Source: Methanobacteriota archaeon (lineage in GTDB: Archaea > Halobacteriota > Bog-38 > Methanoflorentales > Methanoflorentaceae). Taken from it: a DNA stretch of 64,000 nucleotides. Location: contig OY970393.1 of the NCBI GenBank assembly GCA_963720465.1, positions 1,344,001 through 1,408,000 on the forward strand, in the 5' to 3' direction. Below the pieces are notes generated by a model. It saw nothing but the letters and a program-made list of their open reading frames with translations, searched no databases and was not told the DNA's origin. Made by a program: the position numbers and the translations under genes. The first letter of the stretch is position 1. Each line of letters starts with the position of its first letter. This document shows, piece after piece, positions 50,864-61,336 of the stretch.

Positions 50864-51856
50864 ATGGATAAGAGTGCGGAGACGAAAGCTTTTCTTATTG
50901 CAGAGGGCGGCGTGGACATTGATGAGCGTATACTTGGGCGCATTACGACTCCTGCGTCCGGGCCTGGTGCCGGACTAACGTCTTTTTTTTTACGATTTGA
51001 CGGTCACCGGGTGCGCCTGGGAATAAAACACAGTTCCCGTCTCAAGGCATCGCTTGAAGGGGATGAAGTGGTCATTCGCGACCACGAAAAAGAAATCGTC
51101 CGTGGGTATCTTGAAGATGCGATTGCCCATTGTCCTGAACAAGCGTATATCACGGTAAGCGAGGTGTGCATATTCGACTGCCAGTACTGCCCGGTGCCAC
51201 TCTTGGGAGGTTCGGTAAAAGACCAGAGCGATGTTGAAACGGCGATTTCAAGAATTCTCGCAGATCCGAAGCTCGCTCGTAAATTAAGATCCATAGCGTT
51301 GACTTCCGGTGTCGAAGAGTCACCACAGCGCGAAGTTGAGAGGATCGCAGCTATCGTTCGCGCATTAAGGGCGAAGTACGATCTCCCCATCGGCGTATCC
51401 GTATATCCTACGGAGAACTCCACAAAGCTATTGAAGGACGCTGGAGCAGACGAGCTAAAGTATAACGTGGAAACGATGGATCGTCAACTCTTCAAGACGA
51501 TGTGTCCAGGGCTTTCACTCGAATTCATTATGGAAACCCTCAAGGACGCTGTAGAGGTCTTCGGCCGAAACAAAGTCTTTTCCAATATCCTCGTCGGATT
51601 GGGGGAGAATGATGACACGATCATCAACGGCATGGAAGAACTTATCGGAATAGGCGTGATACCTATCCTTAGAGCAGTTGTCGAGCATCCCTTGCGGTCA
51701 CAAACAGGCATGCGACGACCGGATGCGGAACGGCTCTTGCGATTAGCGCGAAAAGAACGCAAACTCCTCGACCAGTACGGCCTACGAGCTGATTTGGCTC
51801 AAACGATGTGCGCGCCGTGTACGGGCTGCGATCTTGTACCGCATCGGGACGTCTAG
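50864..51856 (+). CDS. Radical SAM protein (biotin-synthase-like, archaeal)
   Basis: CIFDCQYC, LTSGV, KYNVET and C-terminal MCAPCTGCDL. Confidence 0.9.
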   Translation: MDKSAETKAFLIAEGGVDIDERILGRITTPASGPGAGLTSFFLRFDGHRVRLGIKHSSRLKASLEGDEVVIRDHEKEIVRGYLEDAIAHCPEQAYITVSEVCIFDCQYCPVPLLGGSVKDQSDVETAISRILADPKLARKLRSIALTSGVEESPQREVERIAAIVRALRAKYDLPIGVSVYPTENSTKLLKDAGADELKYNVETMDRQLFKTMCPGLSLEFIMETLKDAVEVFGRNKVFSNILVGLGENDDTIINGMEELIGIGVIPILRAVVEHPLRSQTGMRRPDAERLLRLARKERKLLDQYGLRADLAQTMCAPCTGCDLVPHRDV

Positions 51857-51877
51857 CATTGATATACATGTATCCAA

Positions 51878-52599
51878 ATGGGTGCTGCGCACAAGGAAGA
51901 GAGCGGCATGGCCCATAGACTGGGTTTACACAGACTGCCCGCACCATTGACCTTTTACGTGCGGATAAATGCACTCTCCGAGTCGCACTTAAGTCAGGTC
52001 GCAAAGCTCAAGGATGTTTATGGCCCGGACCTGTTGCGGGATCTTTCGCAGTGGAAGTGGAACTATCCGCCAGCCGGCGACCCGTGTGGGCTTCTATATT
52101 GCTTAACGCACTGCGCCCCGAGGAATGGGCCGTTGCATGCCTCCGTCCCAATATGGTGAAAGACAGCGTCGTGCGCGGGTGCAAGACCTTTGCGTCGTAC
52201 GTCGTGCGACGCGGCAAGACCCTGCCCCAGTGGGTGATCGCCGCATTCTGGTGGGAAAGCATGGCCGCGCAAGGGGAGATGTCTGAGGAAGACCTCGCGC
52301 TCCTCATCGAGGGTTGGAAGGATCGTTTTCAGAATGCGGTATCGTGGTGGATGGAGCGAGGCGCGAACCCCCCCAATGCGCTTCCGCGCGAGCGCGACGA
52401 CGCGCTTCTCTGGCGGTGCTTTTTTAGCGACTTGTGGCACTCAGGAGCACTCGACGAGCAGACCAATACCATAAGCCCCATGCTCAAGCAGTCCGGCCCA
52501 CGCCTGGTGCCAGGAGGGCATAAAAGCCGAGGCAGGCTTCCGTCAGCGGTGCAAGCAGGGATCACCAAATATGTTTCAAGAGAGCCTAATGAAAACTAA
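51878..52599 (+). pseudogene. Probable frameshifted unknown gene
   Basis: Two overlapping Trp-rich ORFs that appear to join near 52075-52085. Confidence 0.35.
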
Positions 52600-52937
52600 A
52601 CAACGAATGTTCGCCCAGCGATCAGTGTTCAACCGTCCTAGAAACGCTGTGTCGAATTCAACATCCACAGAGCGGGAAGACTGCAGCTAGCTTAAAATGC
52701 CTACAGAAGGTCAATCGCACCGAAAAAAAAATTCCGCTCAGCTTCGCGGACAGTTTTTTTGAACGTGCACCTGCCTGGGCAAGCTCATCGTAATCATGGC
52801 AGATACTACATGCATTGCACAGAACCACAGCAACAGAAATAGTTTTAGGAAATAGCAAAAAGAATGAAAGGCTGCGTGCATATTGTCGAAGTATGACCGT
52901 GAGGCCTTACAATCGCGATTTGATAAGCTTTTGAGGG

Positions 52938-53579
52938 ATGCATATGGACGATGCAACATTAGAAAATGAGCTTAAGGCGTTAGCTAAGAAAAATAACGCC
53001 CAGATTTATGAGATTGACCCGCGTGAAATTGTGGTGAGCGAATGGGTGAGATGGCGGTGCGTGTTTGGCTGCAAGGGCTTCGCAAAGCACCTCGGCTGTC
53101 CCCCATATGTCCCCGGCCCTTCGGAGACGAGAGCCCTCCTCAAAGAGTATTCAAAAGCATATATCGTGCACTTCAAGGGAATACCCGGAATGGAAGATAT
53201 CGACCCTACGAGCATACCTGAAGACTGGCATCAGTTTCTTGAAAGGCTCATCCGCTGGATAGGAGATACAGTGTATGAGCTCGAGCAGCACGCGTTTTAC
53301 AGAGGTTATTACAAATCTCTGGCATTTGCAGCGTACCCGTGTATTTACTGCGAGGAGTGCGTAGCTGAGCAATCAGAAGGAGTAGTAGATCTCTCGCTAA
53401 AAAGGAACTGCAGGCACGCGGAGAAGGTGCGAACTTCAATGGAAGCCGTCGGGATCGACGTATTTGCAACGGTGCGGAAGCTCAACTTGCCGATCGACGT
53501 AATTCCGTGCGAGAACAATGTTTACGGGAAGATAACCCACACCAATCTAAACTCGTATGGGCTGCTCCTCGTATATTAG
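52938..53579 (+). CDS. DUF2284 metal-binding protein
   Basis: VRWRCVFGC, GCPPYVP, CIYCEEC, CRH..KVRTSMEAVGIDVFAT and YGLLL. Confidence 0.88.
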   Translation: MHMDDATLENELKALAKKNNAQIYEIDPREIVVSEWVRWRCVFGCKGFAKHLGCPPYVPGPSETRALLKEYSKAYIVHFKGIPGMEDIDPTSIPEDWHQFLERLIRWIGDTVYELEQHAFYRGYYKSLAFAAYPCIYCEECVAEQSEGVVDLSLKRNCRHAEKVRTSMEAVGIDVFATVRKLNLPIDVIPCENNVYGKITHTNLNSYGLLLVY

Positions 53580-53668
53580 TGCGAGCTAGACGTGCCGCGC
53601 CTCAACGGCAAAGCGATTCTGAGCACAGCAGCATTTATGTCGGCCATCGTTACGGCCCTGCTCGGCAG

Positions 53669-54700
53669 TCACAGTGAGTCAAAAAACAATGGCCAAAAGG
53701 GGTCCTGGTTTGGGATCGCCAGAGATACGATTGTCCCGTCGCGCCGGTGAATTGTTCTTGTTGTTGGGTTGCTTGTTACCATCCCGATAACGGAAGCCGC
53801 TATGCCTCCAGCGCGAAGCGCGTTTATTATATTCTGCGAATTTTTCGGCCTCGCGGTAATCAGCAGAGAGCCCTCGGCGATCGCTGCTAAGGGATCGATG
53901 CCAAATGCCTCGCAGACCATCCTTACTTCTTCTGGATAGACAAACGCCTCCTCATATATCTCCATCCCCGCTCCGCTAGCGCTCGCTATCTCAAAGAGCC
54001 CGCCGATAACGCCGCCCTCAGTCGCATCATGCATGGCAGTCACGCTCCCGGATTCCATCGCTAGCAAGGCGTCTTTCACCACGGTCATTTGCATGCAGAG
54101 GGCCTTAGCTCTCTCGACCAGATGCGGCGGATAATTCTCTAAGAGCTCCTTTTCCCTGATCACTGAGAGGATCCCCGCCGTCTCTATTGCCGGCCCTTTG
54201 GTCAGAATCACATCGTCGCCCGCCTTCGCGCCGGCTGACGTGACATAACCGTTCTTGTCTGCGATGGCAAAGACAGTGACTCCGCCTATGGTGGGTGATA
54301 CAAACCCTGGATAGTACCCCGTATGCCCGCCGACGATCGCTATTCCAAGCTCCACGGCAGCCCTGTGGATGGCATCCACGATGGTGTGGAAGTCCTCTTC
54401 ATTCGTCTCGGGAGGCATCAAAAGCGAGTATGTCATGTATCTGGGCTTGACGCCCATGACCGCCACGTCGCTCGCGCCTATGTGGACGGTGTACCATCCA
54501 AACATCTCCAAGGGCTGGTGTGGGATGGCGAAGATCGGGTCCTCCGCTATTATGAGCACCTTGTCGTTACCGATGTCGATAACTCCGGCGTCGATACCCG
54601 TTCTCGGCGGCACGATTACCGAGTCATCCTTTTTTCCGAGCCGCGGAAGCAGAAAGGAAGTGAAGGCGTCGAGGTCTATCTTTCCGATCTTATCGCTCAT
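53669..54700 (-). CDS. AIR synthase (PurM/HypE/ThiL) family protein
   Basis: GIDAG, EDPI, ASDVA, IVGGHTG and MHDATEGG. Confidence 0.88.
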   Translation of the reverse strand: MSDKIGKIDLDAFTSFLLPRLGKKDDSVIVPPRTGIDAGVIDIGNDKVLIIAEDPIFAIPHQPLEMFGWYTVHIGASDVAVMGVKPRYMTYSLLMPPETNEEDFHTIVDAIHRAAVELGIAIVGGHTGYYPGFVSPTIGGVTVFAIADKNGYVTSAGAKAGDDVILTKGPAIETAGILSVIREKELLENYPPHLVERAKALCMQMTVVKDALLAMESGSVTAMHDATEGGVIGGLFEIASASGAGMEIYEEAFVYPEEVRMVCEAFGIDPLAAIAEGSLLITARPKNSQNIINALRAGGIAASVIGMVTSNPTTRTIHRRDGTIVSLAIPNQDPFWPLFFDSL

Positions 54701-55325
54701 GGTAGCGTCTCGCGATTTCACAGATCTGCTCTGCGACTTCTATAGGATCCCGCCCGACAAGGACCGACACGGGCTCTTTGCCGATGGCACCCGTTTCGTA
54801 GAAGACCTTGGGGACCCGGCCACCGGCGGCATCTATCGCTTGCTGAACTTTCCAGGGCATCGATGCGCCTTCCGCTTCCTTAATTTCTTCCGGTTCTTTA
54901 CTGCGGTCGATCACGCTGAAAACCCATCCTTTTGCTTTGCAATACTCCTTGAGCCATTTCGTCAGAGATGGATTGTTTGCGAAGTTCACCCCTGCCCTAA
55001 ACGCCGAATCGGCTTTGCCCAGCTCTACCATTAGTCGGGCCATGTGGCTTGACGCGCCGAATCTGGGCTTGCCTGCAGCGTGAGGTACGCCATTCACGAC
55101 GGTTATGCGTCCGTCTATTCCTAAAACATCACCTCTGCTTCTAGAATTGAGCCGAGCGTAAACGAGGTTAGTCCTGACCTCGGGAACCAAGGCTGCAAAC
55201 TCCTTGCATTCCTCCACGAGATCCAGGGCGACGGCGATCTTCCCGCGCATGTCGATTTCGTCAGACTTCAACAGACTAGTCTCCCTCGGATTCAGCTTAA
55301 TATCGAACACTTTGAACTGGAACAA
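54690..55325 (-). CDS. ThiN-like thiamine-phosphate synthase family protein (start uncertain)
   Basis: LVPEVRTNLVYA, GRIT, FGASSHMAR, DRSKEP and GKEP. Confidence 0.85.
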   Translation of the reverse strand: MFQFKVFDIKLNPRETSLLKSDEIDMRGKIAVALDLVEECKEFAALVPEVRTNLVYARLNSRSRGDVLGIDGRITVVNGVPHAAGKPRFGASSHMARLMVELGKADSAFRAGVNFANNPSLTKWLKEYCKAKGWVFSVIDRSKEPEEIKEAEGASMPWKVQQAIDAAGGRVPKVFYETGAIGKEPVSVLVGRDPIEVAEQICEIARRYHER

Positions 55326-55458
55326 TAAGTAGTAATCGCCAAGCTGCTGTTTCTCCAGCTGTAACGAAGACAGGCCGGTCAGCTTGAATATGGCATGATA
55401 GTTTCGTTACGCTACCAACCAGTTGGCAATGTTGTTTGATTTTTTTTGCTTCGTAAAA

Positions 55459-55536
55459 TTTAAATAAGATAATAGCTTTAGGCATTTTGTTAGTAGGAAG
55501 CCAGAAACCTACTTCCTATAGATATAGGTTCCTACT
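55459..55536 (+). promoter_or_regulatory. amtB promoter: TATA box plus putative NrpR operator
   Basis: TTTAAATA at 55459; AGAA-N6-TTCC at 55503-55516 (consensus GGAA-N6-TTCC); flanking inverted repeat AGTAGGAA/TTCCTACT. Confidence 0.55.
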
Positions 55537-55656
55537 GACAAACGCAGTTGCGGAACTGCGCTGGGGAGCGCCTCGATCCTCCATGTGCGCTCCCCGCTCA
55601 TCTACATCAAACAGGCTAAAAAACGGCCCACATTCCGCAAAACGGGAGGTTTCAAA

Positions 55657-57264
55657 ATGACATGGAAACCAAGTAAAAAATTGGTAATAAATTGCCTTTT
55701 GATACTCGTATTCGTGAGTTTGATGATGGCAAAATCGGGCTACATCACAGGAATGGCCCAACAGCCCACAAACTCAGCGCTAAACGCCTCAACGCCTATT
55801 GCCGCTACGCAGGCGTTGCCTGACAGAAGTCAGCCCGACCCAACGGGCAGCAGCATCGGCTCAGCCAACGTTCCAGCAAACGTCACTGGCCAACCGACGT
55901 TATCTGAGCTCGCCAATGCTGTTGGCCACAATATAGTGGCCATCAACTTCGTATGGACGCTCGTGGCCGGCTTCCTCGTCTTCTTTATGCAGGCGGGGTT
56001 TGCACTCGTTGAAACCGGCTTCACGCGCTCAAAGAACGTGGCTCACACGATGGGCATGAACATACTGATCTACGGGCTTGGCGTGCTTGGGTGGTATTTC
56101 TGTGGATTCGCCATCATGTTCGGCGGATTGAAGTCGCTTGGTACCTTGGGCGGGTTTACCGGACTTGGCAGCGAGGTGACGGTCAATTTACTGGGACATC
56201 CGTTCGGACTGCTCGGTGCTCACGGTTTTGCGCTGACCGGTGCCTATGACGTTGGCGTGTTTGCGCTATTCCTCTTCGAAGTCGTCTTCATGGATACCGC
56301 TGCCACGATTCCGACCGGGGCCATGGCCGAACGGTGGAAATTCTTGGCATTCTGCATCTACGGTCTATTCATAGGGACGATCATTTACCCGCTCTTTGGC
56401 AACTGGGTTTGGGGCGGCGGATGGCTTTCGCAGCTCGGCACGAACTTTGGCTTAGGCAACGGGTACGTCGACTTTGCAGGCTCGACAGTCGTGCACATGG
56501 TAGGTGGTACGATCGGCTTTGTCGGCGCTTGGATGCTCGGCCCTCGTATCGGCAAGTACGTCGACGGGAAGGTCCGCGCCATTCCACCGCACAGCATCCC
56601 TATGGCAGTGCTCGGAACGCTCATCCTCGCATTCGGATGGTTCGGGTTTAATCCGGGCTCCACGCTCGCTGGAACCGATCTCCGTATTAGTGTCATCGCC
56701 GTTAACACGATGCTTGCATCGGTTGCGGGCATGGTGGCAGCGACGTTTTGGATGTGGCGCGTCCGCGGCAACAAACCTGACGTCAGCTTTATGTGCAACG
56801 GGACGCTTGCCGGACTGGTTGCAATAACCGGCCCTTGTGCGTTCGTTAACTCGCAAAGCGCTGTCCTCATTGGATTGGTCGCTGGCATTCTTGTGGTCGA
56901 AGCCGCGCTTTTCATTGACAAAAGGTTAAAAGTTGATGACCCGGTCGGAGCGGTGGCCGTGCACGGCGTGTGCGGCGCGTGGGGATGTCTCAGTTTAGGA
57001 CTCCTCGCAGATGGCACGTACGGCGCGGGCTGGAACGGCGTTTCCGGCGCGGTAACCGGTCTTCTCTACGGAAATCCCAGTCAGCTCGCTGCACAATGCA
57101 TCGGAGTGGCGACATGCTTCGTTTATACGGCGGCGATCTCACTTGCGATCTTCGCATTCATAGACAAAGTTGTCGGACTGAGGGTCGGATCGCAGACGGA
57201 AGTAGACGGCCTCGACGTCCCAGAAATGGGAGTGGGAGGGTACGATGGCGGCTACGGGCTCTGA
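55657..57264 (+). CDS. amtB: Ammonium transporter
   Basis: FMQAGFALVE, GAMAER, WVWGGGWL, DFAGSTVVH, GWFGFN and DDPVGAVAVHG; GGAGGT RBS. Confidence 0.96.
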   Translation: MTWKPSKKLVINCLLILVFVSLMMAKSGYITGMAQQPTNSALNASTPIAATQALPDRSQPDPTGSSIGSANVPANVTGQPTLSELANAVGHNIVAINFVWTLVAGFLVFFMQAGFALVETGFTRSKNVAHTMGMNILIYGLGVLGWYFCGFAIMFGGLKSLGTLGGFTGLGSEVTVNLLGHPFGLLGAHGFALTGAYDVGVFALFLFEVVFMDTAATIPTGAMAERWKFLAFCIYGLFIGTIIYPLFGNWVWGGGWLSQLGTNFGLGNGYVDFAGSTVVHMVGGTIGFVGAWMLGPRIGKYVDGKVRAIPPHSIPMAVLGTLILAFGWFGFNPGSTLAGTDLRISVIAVNTMLASVAGMVAATFWMWRVRGNKPDVSFMCNGTLAGLVAITGPCAFVNSQSAVLIGLVAGILVVEAALFIDKRLKVDDPVGAVAVHGVCGAWGCLSLGLLADGTYGAGWNGVSGAVTGLLYGNPSQLAAQCIGVATCFVYTAAISLAIFAFIDKVVGLRVGSQTEVDGLDVPEMGVGGYDGGYGL

Positions 57265-57354
57265 GCTGCGCCAACTGCAAAAAAGAAGCAGCCCGCTGTG
57301 TCCCGGGCCGAGAATGTGTGCCCGCACCACGTCCGCGTGGGCGGGGGAGTTTGA

Positions 57355-57709
<355 letters not shown>

Positions 57710-57722
57710 TGCGCGGCATCGC

Positions 57723-57754
57723 AGGCGGGGCGAGTACCCGCCTTTTCTTTTTTT
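57723..57754 (+). terminator. Hairpin plus U-tract terminator after glnK
   Basis: AGGCGGG-N7-CCCGCCT followed by TTTCTTTTTTT. Confidence 0.7.
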
Positions 57755-58061
57755 GCACCAGTAGAACGGTGTGCGTGTAAGTGCGTTGCTATAGCACAGT
57801 GAGAAGAAGGCATCGATACTCTGTCGAAAAATGCGTTTATTTGTTTCAGGGGGGCCGTGCTTTTGTATTGAGAGATCTGAAGTAAACGATAAGCCTGAAC
57901 TATGTTTCTATGAATCCCGCAGGTGGGCAAAGACGCCTTACCGTCTTTTGGAGTTGATGACAGGGTGTAGCTTTATCGGCTGACTTATGCGAGACGCTTC
58001 TCTTCCGTTCTTCAAACGGATAAATCGAGGAATCGATTTGTGCTCGTCTGCTCTTCTTTCC

Positions 58062-58334
58062 TCACCACGTTACTTGGTTCGCCTCTTCGAGCGGCATTGC
58101 CGGCGCGATGTGGGCCACGCCAAAGCTGCTGAACGGGCCGGTAATCTTGAGCAGTGATGCTTCATCTGGTGCATCGAAGATTGCCACGGACATATGCCTT
58201 CCTATGAGAACGTAACGGCCTATCACCTTGACGCTTTCTGGAAACTTAAAGTGCTTCCACAACTCGCGAACCCGTTCAGTATGATCGGGATCGAATTTAT
58301 ACCATAAAACGAATAGCATTTTTTCCACTTCCAT
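58062..58334 (-). CDS. DUF3303/GYD-like small protein
   Basis: MLFVLWYKF...VKVIGRY...AIFDAPD...HIAPAM. Confidence 0.7.
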   Translation of the reverse strand: MEVEKMLFVLWYKFDPDHTERVRELWKHFKFPESVKVIGRYVLIGRHMSVAIFDAPDEASLLKITGPFSSFGVAHIAPAMPLEEANQVTW

Positions 58335-58612
58335 TACGTAGTTGAGTTTACCACGCTCCTCCTTGAGCGCGTCGCTCTCGATTCAAAAACCCCTTCGACG
58401 TTGGGGATTGCTTACGCCATCGGTTTTTTGACGAGAGCATCACTAAAGAATAACATTCTGGAACAATAACTCTTTCTCAGCTTTTCTTGGGTTCCGGCCT
58501 TATCGAGCGGCTGAGTTTCGTTGGCGGTGCTGGCGGTCAACTGCCGTCATCAAAACCTATAAGCGTGAAAGAGACGGTACGCACGCAGCACGGAGGTGAG
58601 AAAATAGCACAA

Positions 58613-58828
58613 ATGCTCCCGCAGTGTTTCAATTGCAAACATTTCCATACGGGAGGGGACAAATGTGACGCCTACCCAACTGAAAGGTTGTACAACTGCG
58701 ACGCTTTCCCTGATCCAAAGCGCCAGATACCTGGAGACATTCTTTCGAATACGGTCCTCCACAAGACACCATATGCAGGAGATCACGGCATCCTCTATGA
58801 CCCAATAGACCCTAACGTATCTTATTAA
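58613..58828 (+). CDS. Small phage-type Cys-rich protein (paralog of 19323)
   Basis: CFNCKH...CDAFPD...IPGDIL....HKTPYAGDHGILY; GGAGGTGA RBS. Confidence 0.75.
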   Translation: MLPQCFNCKHFHTGGDKCDAYPTERLYNCDAFPDPKRQIPGDILSNTVLHKTPYAGDHGILYDPIDPNVSY

Positions 58829-59097
58829 CCCATAACTAGCGGGTCTTCACCGTCGGAAAACCTGGTTATCACCTACCTTGGTATCTGCAACCAAGGCTAT
58901 TAGAGGGGCGCCAAATCGGCCTCAGACGCCCCAATTGCGCCCTTTATAGGCGCACACGTCGGTGAGGAGAGACGTTTGAGAGGCTCCTCCCCTCCGGACC
59001 TTAAATTTTGCTGGCCCATAACCTCGATTTCGTAGCTTTGAGCGCTTAGCTTTTTACCTCATAACTATTTTATTCAATTTTTTTAGTTTATCTCAGG

Positions 59098-59165
59098 GGT
59101 TCTGTAGAAAAAGTTTGGCGCGTGCAGAAAAAGTTTGCATGATTAGGGACTTATTCTACAAAGCC
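59098..59165. mobile_element. Possible tiny IS5/IS903-like MITE or scar
   Basis: Imperfect terminal inverted repeats GGTTCTGTAGAAAAAGTT and GGCTTTGTAGAATAAGTC (reverse complement of 59148-59165). Confidence 0.4.
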
Positions 59166-59221
59166 CCAAATCTAGAAATAGTTTTATATTATTAACGCCG
59201 TTAATTTATTTGGTGAATACC

Positions 59222-59482
59222 ATGAACGGTGTAATTGCCGAAACAATTTCGAACAACGAGCCCTTCACAGAGAGGCTCAGAGAGTATCCTCCAAGTGTAA
59301 AATTGGTCTTTAAGACGCTTGAGAACAACGGAACAATGACTTTGAGCGATATCGAAAAGGAGACATATTTGCCATATAGAACGGTGAGATATGCAGTTAA
59401 GCGACTCAAAGAAGGCGGGTTTGTAGCGCGCATCTTTCACATAAAAGATGCGCGACAAAGCCTCTATCGCCTCGCGCAGTAG
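59222..59482 (+). CDS. Winged-helix transcriptional regulator
   Basis: PPSVKLVFKTLE..GTMTLSDIEKETYLPYRTVRYAVKRL...DARQSLY. Confidence 0.88.
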   Translation: MNGVIAETISNNEPFTERLREYPPSVKLVFKTLENNGTMTLSDIEKETYLPYRTVRYAVKRLKEGGFVARIFHIKDARQSLYRLAQ

Positions 59483-59881
59483 TTTGGTGAACACGATAAT
59501 GTAACATGTACGTAAGCAATTTGTCTTCCAGTTCGTTCATGTGTAGTTCGCCTGGTTTCGCCTTATTTTTTGGTGAATGTAGTTTCCTTCCCGTGAGTAC
59601 TATTTTTTGGCGAGTAGCCTTTTATAAAAAGCAACCGTCCCTCTGATTACGACCCGCTTCCCAATAGTGCCGAGATTTCTGGCCCCTTGACTATATCTGG
59701 GATCACCGAGCACGTCTTGGACCCTCCTATTCGAGCTCCCGCGCCTACTGTTCTTGCAGCTACGCGCGCGAGGAGGAGCCTAAATAGGGTTGCGAGTCTA
59801 GCCTTGCCATCTATCGTGCCTCCGCACTTCGGCTTAAACCCCTTTACACACAAAAAAAGGATGAATATTGAGACGGATAAG

Positions 59882-59952
59882 AGCCAACCCCCGGAGTCGA
59901 ACCGGGATAAGCCGCTCTGCAGGCGACTGCGTAGCCATTCCGCCAGGCTGGC
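59882..59952 (-). tRNA. tRNA-Cys (GCA)
   Basis: Cloverleaf GCCAGCC...GTCGC-CTGCAGA-GCGGC...CCCGG-TTCGACT-CCGGG-GGTTGGC-T; U73, G37, no intron, CCA not encoded. Confidence 0.95.
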
Positions 59953-60275
59953 ATTCTCGACACTTCACTGTTACAGCTCGCACATAAGAATACGTGTTAT
60001 CGCGACAAAGTTTGCTTGCACTCGGTCTTTTCCGTCGATTCACGCCGCTCCAACTTGCATACTCATAGCTGATTGAAATCGGATCTGAACAAGAAATAGT
60101 GCCGGAGACACCACGCGTAAAATCGCCAAATGCTTAAGTATCTCGCTAGTGAGAGTACTCACTATCAGCAATTCGGCCCTGCGCATGAGCTGCGCGCAGC
60201 AGCATTCGTCTTTCATCATATGGCAGTGAACCAGATAACGACGAACTGTGTGTTGTTGAACTCAAGGAGCGGCTA

Positions 60276-61130
60276 ATGAAAAAATCACGTGATTCAAAAG
60301 CGCTGCTCCGGCGTGACAAGAGACAACGCGCGATAATTCGCTTGCTAAAAAAGATGCACGGAGGCGGATTCGAGCCGAGCGCTTTTGAGATCGGCCACGT
60401 TGACGTGACCATTCCCGACCTCGATCCTGCGTTTCGCGGATACCGGGTTGCAAGTATCGCAGACATTCATTTGGATGAATGGCTCAACGCGCAGCGTTTT
60501 GGTGAGGTGATCGACCTCATTAACCAGCAACATCCTGACTTAGTCGCAATTGTCGGCGATCTCTTCTCGTACGAGGTTGACGGACTGGCTCAGCAGATGG
60601 CCACCTCATTGAACAAATTGAGGCCAAAAGACTGCAGTGTTGCGGTGCTCGGCAATCACGATCACTTAGTCGGAGCGACGGCCGTTCGCGACGTATTGTG
60701 GGAAAGCAACGTTATCGACCTGAGCAACGACGTAATGACGGTGAACAAGGGGGGAGCGACGTTGCACGTCGCCGGCGTTGATAGCGTTGCATCGCATAAA
60801 CATCGGTTAGATAAGGTGCTAGAGAAGCTCCCGCCCGTCGGACCCGCAATCCTGCTGGCCCACGAGCCCGATTTCGCGGATGTAAGCGCGAGTACAGGGC
60901 GATTTAGCTTGCAGATTTCTGGGCACTCGCACGGAGGACAGTGGATAGTGCCGGGAATAGGGCCTCCAATTCGCGGTCTGTACTCTCGAAAGTACCCCCT
61001 TGGACGGTATCGCGTCGGCGACATGACGCACTACACAAACCGCGGAATCGGGACGAGCATAATCCGTCTGAGGATAAATTGCCCGCCAGAGATCACGGTC
61101 TTCACCCTAATGCCCTCCGGCCATCCATAG
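60276..61130 (+). CDS. Calcineurin-like metallophosphoesterase (YkuE-like)
   Basis: ADIH, VGD, LGNHD, LAHEPD, SGHSHGGQ and NRGIG. Confidence 0.9.
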   Translation: MKKSRDSKALLRRDKRQRAIIRLLKKMHGGGFEPSAFEIGHVDVTIPDLDPAFRGYRVASIADIHLDEWLNAQRFGEVIDLINQQHPDLVAIVGDLFSYEVDGLAQQMATSLNKLRPKDCSVAVLGNHDHLVGATAVRDVLWESNVIDLSNDVMTVNKGGATLHVAGVDSVASHKHRLDKVLEKLPPVGPAILLAHEPDFADVSASTGRFSLQISGHSHGGQWIVPGIGPPIRGLYSRKYPLGRYRVGDMTHYTNRGIGTSIIRLRINCPPEITVFTLMPSGHP

Positions 61131-61336
61131 GCGAGGAACGTTATCGCTGCATGGCCTCGCTTCGACCGGCGTTCACCGGCGCCCTCATCGCTTTGCCTTC
61201 CGCTGTTCAGTTCCGCTTCAGCTGGCCAAAGAACAAACGCCGGCTGTGTGAGTCCTTTAAACGCACCAAGAACGCCAATCGGCACCCCACAGTCACCGGT
61301 TGCCTTTAAGTTTCGTATCAACATAATTAGGACGGC

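Noticed and set aside
50554-50943. Long N-terminal extension of LarE in the ORF track
   Set aside because: Low-complexity translation that crosses the divergent promoter and overlaps the radical SAM gene; true start is probably at or after 50553
52658-52858. Minus-strand 66-aa ORF containing CSICH
   Set aside because: Short, overlaps poly-A/T tracts and lacks other support; probably chance or debris
59490-59880. SRP or RNase P RNA next to tRNA-Cys
   Set aside because: No conserved SRP helix-8 or RNase P P4 signature recognised on either strand
59882-59952. tRNA-Cys as the integration site of an island
   Set aside because: No duplicated tRNA 3' end and no integrase seen in the window
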